In this document: positions 55,549 to 64,000 of the stretch, one piece after another
Numbering within the stretch: position 1 is the first letter of the stretch
Layout: every line of letters begins with the position of its first letter
DNA from: Eledone cirrhosa
Taxonomy: Eukaryota
Assembly (NCBI GenBank): GCA_964016885.1
Contig: OZ024740.1
Coordinates: forward strand, 438,092,001-438,156,000
Reading direction: 5' to 3'
DNA length: 64,000 bases
Position numbers and translations under genes: made by a program
Notes under the pieces: generated by a model
Told to the model about the DNA's origin: nothing
The model's database searches: none
What the model saw: only the letters and a program-made list of their open reading frames with translations

Positions 55549-56165
55549 TTTCTGCTGCTGCTGCTGTTGTTGTTTATGCTGCTGCTGATGTTGTTGCGGC
55601 TGCTACTAGTGTTTTCCTTGTCACTGTTGCTGCCGCTCCTGTTATTACGGCTGTTACTGCTATTCTTCATGACGTCAGACGAATGAAATGGCTTTCCGTA
55701 TTTACCGCACACATCTTTCGTCGTTGTCGTCGTCGTGGAGAAATGTTCCACGGTATGCACGTTCTCTTGGTGAAAGCTATCAGAAATTATATTTTTCTTT
55801 TTCTTTAATGGCGTCGCTTGCGAAAGAGGCGACACCACATTTAGAGAAGGGAGGGAGAGAGACAATCTTCTCTCTGACGTAGTGACGATTGAGGAAGAAG
55901 AAGACGGAATGAGTGGGAGTGACTTGTGAAAATTCTTTTTTGTAACCATGTTTTCTTTTTGGTTTAAATTGAATATTAGGCACAAAACCCCAATAAGCGG
56001 TTATTTAACCCCGAATGGCCAAATAACGGGTAGAAAGACCCCTCTCGCAAGGAGAAGGGTGTTTTTATCTACAATTGCGTTAAAGTTTTAAACAATTTAC
56101 AATTGTTATAGCGGTTAAAAATTAATATACCTTACAGAGCCAAGCCTCCGTCAACCATGGCATTC
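52446..56165 (-). mobile_element. Tx1/L1-clade LINE copy 2 (ORF1, ORF2 endonuclease, 3'-truncated)
   Basis: ORF1 CFRCGSKTHLRAFC; ORF2 from 53742 SINARGL, ISET, GDWN, SYLDRVF, TDH. Confidence 0.93.
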
Positions 56166-56220
<55 letters not shown>

Positions 56221-56221
<1 letters not shown>

Positions 56222-59200
56222 GGGGTTAGGGCGGAATAAAAAAGGGTTGGGCGGAATCACTGACAAAAGAAAAAATTAAAGAAAGGATCGAAAAAGTGGA
56301 GGGAGTGCATGCTCAGGATGAAACTCAAAATGAAAATAATGAGATCGTAAATGATAAAGAAATGAATGAGAATGAACTTACCAACTTGAAGGATGAAATT
56401 ATGATCGAATGGATGAAAATGACCGAATCTGACTTGGGGGAACAAGACATTCTCCCTAAGATCCAGAACTCCAAACTGGAAACAAAAGATAATACACAAG
56501 ACTAACATAATTCTCAAAAACATTATCATCACAAACAAACTAAATATTACTGATTTAAATCATCTCTATTATGCATCGGCTAAAGCCACCACTCACTTAT
56601 GTGGAGTGAAAATGAAAAAAACAAAGGAATTCCCACAAGAAATCTACTTGGCAAGAGAACATCAATCGCCAAATAAACCTTCTCCGATCTGACATAGAAA
56701 TTTTAACAAACTATAAAGTAGGTGAACATGTTAAACAAACTAAACTTAGAAAATTGAAAAGAAAATACAGTATGAAATCAACAAGTGACATAGTCATGCT
56801 GATAGAAATAATCAAGCAAAAAGTGTCGGCCAAAGCTGCTCGTATAAGGCGCTTTGAAAAACGATCTAGATTCTATAAGGACAATAATATGTTCAAAACC
56901 AACCACAGAAACTTCTACAGAAAAATTGGTAAGTCAACAATAACTGCTAAATCAATACCACCCAAAGAGGAAGTGCAAGAATTCTGGGAAAAGATCTGGG
57001 CCGAAGAAAAAGTTCATAATATACATGCCCCATGGACAGACAGACAAATGAAAGATACAGCTCACCCTAAGGAACAAATATGGGAAAATATAACAGTTGA
57101 ACAGTTGCGTTTGGCTCTTAGAAAAACCAGCAAATGGAAAAGACAAAATACCAAATTTTTGGATAAATGCCTTCACAGAGTCTCATGAGCTGTTAGCCGA
57201 ACTTTACAATGAAATAGTTAAGGAGTCAGAAAAGATACCATCATGGCTAGTTAACGGCATTACATTCCTGCTTCCGAAGAATGATGAGACAAACAATCCC
57301 CAAAATTACAGACCGATAACTTGCTTGACCACAGTGTATAAAATGTTAACATCAGTCCTAACTGAAAATACATATGATCACCTGATAACAAATGATCTAT
57401 TTCCCAATGAGCAGAAAGGGTGTAAACGAGGCTCATATGGCTGTAAGGATCAGCTTTTGGTTAACAAAATGATACTGGAAGATTGTCATAATACACACAA
57501 AAATCTATCAATTGCTTGGATAGATTATAAAAAAACATTCGATAGTTTGCCACACAGTTGGATTGAAAAATGTTTAGAGATTTTCAAAACATCTCCCGTT
57601 GTCAGGAGGTTCCTGTCATTCAGTATGAAGACATGGAAAACGACACTCCTTTTGAATATTGAATAACAATCACTGGAAGCTGGAGAAGTTAATATTAATT
57701 GTGGAATTTTGCAGGGTGACTCTTTTTCACCGCTTTTATTCTGCATCGCACTTATACCATTAAGTAAAATGCTCAATGAAACAAAACATGGATATAAAGT
57801 CTATGACAAAAACATTAATCACTTGTTCTACATGGATGACCTGAAACTATTTGCAAAAAATGATGAACAATTGCAAGGGCTATTATCCATCGTGGAGCAG
57901 TTCAGTGATGACATTAAAATGAAGTTTGGACTAGATAAATGCGCCAAAGCAACGTTCACCAGAGGAAAGCTGCTGAAAAGTTCAGACATTAATCTTGATC
58001 GGGGGAATATGATAAGAGAACTTGATCAAGAGGAAACTTACAAATTACTAGGTGTTTGTGAAGGAGACGGTATCAAGCACTCGACAATGAGGGAAAGGAT
58101 AAGGAAGGAATGTTACCGCAGTGTAAGAGCAATCTTAAGAACGGAATTGAATGCAAGGAATAGGATCGATGCCATAAACACGCTTGCCATACCAGTAGTA
58201 ACCTACAGTTACAATGTCATCAACTGGTCAAGCACAGAGATCCGTAGGCTCGATACAAAAATTAGAAAATTCTTAACCATGCACAGAATGCATCACCCTA
58301 AGACAGATACAGATAGAATATATCTCCCCAGGAAAGAAGGAGGACGTGGGTTAATCTAGTTAGATATTGCGTTGAAAACTGCAACAATTGGATTATCTAC
58401 ATATCTAAGGGAATCACATGATTGGATGATCAAACTCGTTTTGAAACACGAAATCATCAAAAGATCATACCCCATTACAAAAGATGCACAAAGATACAGT
58501 AATGGACTACAAATTTCAGAAGTCTCATTTACTGCTGAAATGGAAAACACAGAAAAAGCAAAGCAGGTAAAAGTAACTGCAAAGAAAGAACTGCTACAGA
58601 AACTGGCTAAGAAATGGCAAGAAAAGCTTCTGTATGGAAAATACCCAGAAAGAGCTAACAATCCTGATGTTGGCAAAACTTTAACCCATCAGTGGTTGGC
58701 CTCCTCTGGACTGAAATCGGAGACTGAAGGACTGATTGTATCAGCACAAGGTCAGTGTCTGCCAACATAATAAAAAATGGATGCAACCCATTATGCCGTT
58801 TATGTAAAAAACAACCAGAGACCATTGATCATATAATTTCAATGTGCAGTCCTATAGCTCCAACCGAATATCTAAACAGGCATGACAGAGCTGCACAATA
58901 CATACATTGGATAATGTGTAAGCATTTTGACCTGCCCCATCAACAGAATTGGTGGGAGCATCAACCACCTCCCGTACTTGAAAACTTTAGCATCCACACA
59001 GACCGAAAAATAGATGCAAATAGACCTGATATAATACTGAAGGACTTTAAAAAGAGGGTATGCCTGCTAATTGATATGTCCGTTCCAATAGACAAGAATG
59101 TATCTATAAAAACATTTGAAAAATTGAGCAAGTATAAGGACCTGGAGATAGAAATTGGAAAAATGTGGTAATTGAGAACTAAAACAATACCAGTGGTTGT

Positions 59201-59482
59201 AGGCGCTCTGGAAATGATACCTAAGGGGTCTAATGATTACTTATCGCAAATCCCAGGAAACCCGCATATAGGAGAAATAGAAAAGATAGTACTAATGGGA
59301 ACTACCTATATACCAAGGAAGATTCTGTCAATATAAGTACATCACAAGTCTAATCACCTAAAGATGCATGTGTGTGTATGTATGTTCTTTCTTGAACATG
59401 GCGGACCTTGTTGTCTCTTGAGGTCACTGGTTGTGACTTGGTGATAACTCGTATGAACATAAAGCAAGATAAATGCAACTGT
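56221..59482 (+). mobile_element. Second R4/Dong-like RLE LINE family flanked by (TAA)n
   Basis: NYRPITCL, IDYKKTFDSLPH, QGDSFSP, YMDDLKLF, CRLC..ETIDHIISMC, RHD, RPD; multiple stops. Confidence 0.95.
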
Positions 59483-59489
59483 AATAATA

Positions 59490-59820
59490 ATAATTGTTTC
59501 TACTTTTGGCACAAGGCCAGCAATTATCCCAGTGTATTACTGGTACTTTATTTTATCGACCCCGTAAAGAATAAAGGCAAAGTTAACCTTGGCGGGATTT
59601 GAACTCAGACCGTTCTGATAATGATAATAATAATTGTTTCTACTTTAGGCACAAGGCCAGCAATTATCCAGTGCATTACTGGTACTTTATTTTATCGACT
59701 CCGTAAGGATGAAAGGCAAAGTCAACCTCAGCGGGATTTGAACTCAGATCGTAAAGGGACGTAACTATGCTGGAAAGCATGGGGTCCGACTCTCTACCGA
59801 TACTGCCAATCCACCGCCCT
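59490..59820 (-). mobile_element. Two SINE copies
   Basis: Family consensus, reverse complement. Confidence 0.85.
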
Positions 59821-59842
59821 GATAATGATAATAATAATAATG

Positions 59843-62800
59843 ATTTCATTTATTAGCCACAAGGGCCGACATGTAGGGGACAATACAAATACAGGGACAG
59901 TGGGGGTTTACAATAAGGTGGAGTAAAAGTGAACAATGGCAAGACTAATTTAACAATGAAAATATAAAAATATAAAATAAACTATTAATAAATATAACAA
60001 AATAAATTCCCCGATAGGGGGTGGACGACCCTGGGGTGACTCAGGTACCCCACCAATCCTGAACCACCCTGCGCTTCTAGGGCACCCAGGGAGAGCACCC
60101 CTCTCCTCAAGTTAGCTAGCCTCTAGGCGCATGGTCAGAGTAGGCCCATTCACACGAGCCATTCTCGCCACATTCACCCACCTTTTAGCAAATGTACTGG
60201 GGGGCAGCACTTCTCTCTCCACCCTCACCTTCCTCTCCAGGTGAAACTTGAAGAAGTTGATGAAGGATTGGCCGAAGAGAAAAGTGTCTGTCTTCAGTCC
60301 TTTTAACCTTGTCCACCATATAACCTCTTTCGCAACTGCCACTAGACAGGAAAATTTCCTGCTCTTCCTGACCTAAGGAAGGCGGTGGATCGATCTTCAC
60401 TATGGACTCGGCCGAGAGCCGGATTCGTTCCACACGCGACAGTTGCTGTTCGACATAACTCCACAAGTCAGTAATGCACGGACATTGGACAAGTGCGTGC
60501 AGAACGGTTTCGTCGTTCTGTGCGCATCTTGGGCAGGTCCCTCTGACAGCACATCCGTCCCTGTAGAGTTTATCCCGAACCGGCAGTGCCCCCCGGTTTC
60601 ACTGCCAAGCGAGGGATTTCTGGAAATTGTCCATCGTCCCCGGCTCAAAAGTCCTCCAGTACAGACTGGTCAGTTCGACTTCGTCGAGGCCCAAAGCTTC
60701 TCCGAGTGCGTCATCGCACTTGCCCACCACTAATCCTCTATAGAACTCGAGAGTGGAAGGTCCACTGATCCCATTGCCCGCTTGGTAGAGGGCAGTAAGT
60801 GCCTGACAACATTCCAGGTGCCAGTCATCCAGTTTCGGTCTCTTCTTGACCCAGGACTGCAGCTCAGTCAAAGAAATGAGCTGCGGAAAGGCCCGTCTGA
60901 TAAACGGCGACCACACCTGTTCACCTTTGAGGCAGAATATCTGGAGATGTCCCAGCCTCAACGCGGACGGGGGCAAGGCACGAAGGTCAGGCGGTAGTAG
61001 ATGACGGACGCGATGTACGCATTCGCCACCTCCGCGCGACCTTTCAGTGATAGCTTCCTCCCAGCCCATTTCTGGGTGAGACTGGCTACTCTGCTCGTTA
61101 CCTCGTCCCAATTCTTTTCCACCTGGAGGTCTGGTTCGAACCAAACTCCGAGCAACTTTAACGGTCCGTCCGTCCAGCGCCCCACGACGCTGTTGGACGG
61201 CATGGGCTTGCCTCTCCAGGTTCCGAGCTACAAGCCCACCGACTTTTCAGGGTTAAGTTTGGCTCCTGTCAACCTTTCATATTCCTTCAATAAGGTGCCG
61301 ACCACCTCGATTTCTAAGGTGTTCGACTCCATCACGGTGATGTCGTCCGCATAAGCCGACCGCCCTTCCACGTCCCGGTTCGAGCGGTATGCCCTGCAAC
61401 AGCTCCAGCTTCCGCAGTAAAGGCTCGAGAGTCAATACGTACAGAAGGGAAGAGAGAGGGCACCCTTGACGGACTGATAGGGACAGCCGAAATGGTTCCG
61501 AGAGGTGGCCATTTACCTTGACCACCGAGCGTGTGCCGCTGTGCATTGCAGCGATCCAGCTTCTGAAGACAGGGCCGAAGCCAGCTGCTTTGAGGACAAA
61601 CTCCAAATACCGATGGTCGACCCTATTGAATGCTTTCGATTGATCTAAATTGATCAGTGCCCCACCGAAGCCAGGTTTACACCCTACCCTCTCTATGATG
61701 TATCGCATGAGGTGGAGATTGTCGTGTATGGACATGGCTGGGATTGCGCAAGTTTGCGCCTCCCCAACCAAATCCTCGACGACAAGCGCCAATCTCTTTG
61801 CTAACACCTTGACCAAAATCTTAAACTCTGTGTTGAGCAGAGTTATGGGCCTGAAGTTGTCTAATGTATCCCTCTTGTTCTCGTCTTTCCTTATCAGCGT
61901 CACCACTCCCCTGCTCACAGAACTCTGGGAATACTCCCATTTTGCTGCCAGTTGCAGTAAAGTGCTTCGAGGAGTTCGGAGAACAAGTCTGGCATATTTA
62001 CGTAAAGCTCGTAGGACAGGCCATACAAACCGGTTGACTTGCGCCTTATGCAGCCGACAAGGGCGTCCTGAATTTCGGCTGAAGTAATCGGCCTTTCGCA
62101 GCGTTCAGCGTCGACCGTCGAGATTCGCGGCAAGCCGTCAAGGTAGGGACTGAAATCCGCTACTCTCTCTGACTCGCCACTCTCCCCGAACAACCGAGCA
62201 AAGTGCTGGCGAAAGGCCTCACACATCCGCTTGGAATCGCTTATATCGTGTCCGTCTTGGTCCGCCAAAGACCGACTTGTGGTTTTATTACCACGCTGCG
62301 CCTCCACCACGCGGGCCCATCGAACAGCTTTGGTTCTCTCGTTTCTCAGCGCACGCGCCTTAGATTTGACAATGCAACCTTCGTGTTTCGCATTGAAGAA
62401 ATGGTCTAATGCCATTCTCGCCGCTAGCACGTCAGTTGCAATGCCACTACAAATAGCCTCGTCTAACTTATCTACCAGCTCCCCCTCCTTTCTATTTTTC
62501 TCTAACGCTAGTTCTTTGCTGAACTCTATCGAAGTTACTCTGATTTCTCTTTTGAGATCCCCCCACCATCTGTTGTTGATGATCCCCCCTGTCAACTTTT
62601 GCTTAACTTCGCTACTGCTCACATCCAAGACCACCAACTTACCGTCCGGGTCCCGGAAGATCGACATTACCTCGAGATCCAGTCCTTTCCTAAACAGCAC
62701 TGCCACCCCGCCCCCCATTCCCGGTTTGCTAACAGATGCGAAGATCTGATAGTCGTCGAAAATGGGGGCTAGTGCGCGCGTGTCGGAAATTCTAGTCTCG

Positions 62801-64000
62801 CTGACGGCAATCACATCCATTTCCAGCGACCTGAGGTCGTTGAGCAGGCGACCCTGCTTCCAGGGTGACCCCAGGCCGCGAACATTTAAACTTCCTACTC
62901 TTAATATGGCCATATTGGTAAGCTAAGAGAGAGAGGGAAGGTTTACTTACCTCCCGGGGTCTTGTGAAGGTCGGGTGGTTCGATCTCCATGGTTGGTGGG
63001 GTTTCTTTTGGGAACTCCTTTAAAAGTCTTGATGGGGTTTCACATTCGGGGTTCCCACGTCTTGAGGAAAGCTCTCTCGAATTTCTTTGAAGGAATTGAG
63101 TGACATTCGGACCAGAAGCAAATCTTCTGGCACGAAAAATGTGCTCATTTCAAAAATCTCCCCCTCTGTTTGAATGTCCTCGCTTCGTGCTAAGAGGGCC
63201 ATCAGTTTATTGTTGGCCCTTCTGACAAGCACGAAGTTTTTAACATTTTGTTGGTGTGGTTTTATTTGTTTTCGTTTTGGTGACGGTGGTGGTGATGGTT
63301 TTGGTGGTGTTGTTTCGGGTATGTCTGTGTTTGTTGTAGGTGTGGTGTCTGCAATTTCAGGTATTTGTGTGTTTATTTGTACTTGTGTTTGTCTAGGTTG
63401 TTTGCGTTTAGGGGATTGTGGAGGTGGTGTCGATGTTGCTGTTGGTGATGATGTTATTGAGGAAGTGTTTGCGTTAGTGGTGTCTGTATTTTTTGTTGTG
63501 TATGTTTTTGTGTTTTGTTGGGGCTTTTTTGTGAGTTTTCTCTGTTTTTTTACTTTTGGGTTTTCCTTCATCTTCTCTCTGCTGGAAGACAAAGGGTCTG
63601 TGGCTGTGAGTGTCTCTGTGTCTGTGTGTGCGTTTATTATTTTGTCTATGTGTATAATTGGGGGGGGGGGGAGGGGAGAGCTTACCTGGTTTTCCCCTTG
63701 GATTGGTTTTGGTGTTGGTGGTGATCCGGCTGTTTTTGATGTTGGTGTCTGTGTTTTTCTTGGTGTTGTTTTTGGTGGTGGTGGTGGTGGTGGTGCAGCT
63801 TTCCGTGCTGACACTGGCGTTGGCAACAAAGGAGGTTTGCGACTCCCTGCATTTTTGCGCTGAGGGCAGAAGGCTTGCAAATGCGTTACTTCACCGCAGA
63901 CGAAGCAGCGTGGCCTTCTTCCGTCAATGATTAGTTGGATTGTTGTCCCGTCCTGCAGGCGGGAAAAATCCGGGATGTTGTTCATGTCCTCCGGTTTCAT
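59843..64000 (-). mobile_element. Tx1/L1-clade LINE copy 3 (runs off window; ORF2 with internal deletions; 3' end present)
   Basis: ORF1 CFVCGEVTHLQAFC; ORF2 from 62913; LDQSKAF, VRQGCPLS, YADD frame, LLGVWF; (TTA)n tail. Confidence 0.93.

Overview
AT-rich, microsatellite-dense eukaryotic DNA with no confidently supported host gene. The SINE family and repeat landscape suggest a coleoid cephalopod such as Octopus (inference). The window is almost entirely retroelements: two Penelope-like elements (PLE; RT plus C-terminal GIY-YIG, Nematis-type motifs), R4/Dong-like RLE LINEs at (TACA)n and (TAA)n arrays, three Tx1/L1-clade LINEs, one CR1-clade LINE, RTE-derived pieces, many tRNA-derived SINEs, a tRNA-Ser pseudogene, a candidate non-autonomous Helitron and minisatellites. 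The main signal missed by the ORF track is a set of type I hammerhead ribozyme (HHR) motifs folded by eye: about seven well-formed and about ten decayed or partial, in at least eight unrelated sequence families. They sit in small non-coding fold-back or partially tandem elements (unit about 600 nt where measurable) embedded in (TA)n tracts. One family is the terminal repeat of the coding PLE, suggesting a PLE-mobilised retrozyme-like system. Three families share a compensatory U3-A8 core; the C3-G8 families instead have a mismatch or bulge at the base of stem II. All folds are manual and none is tested for cleavage.
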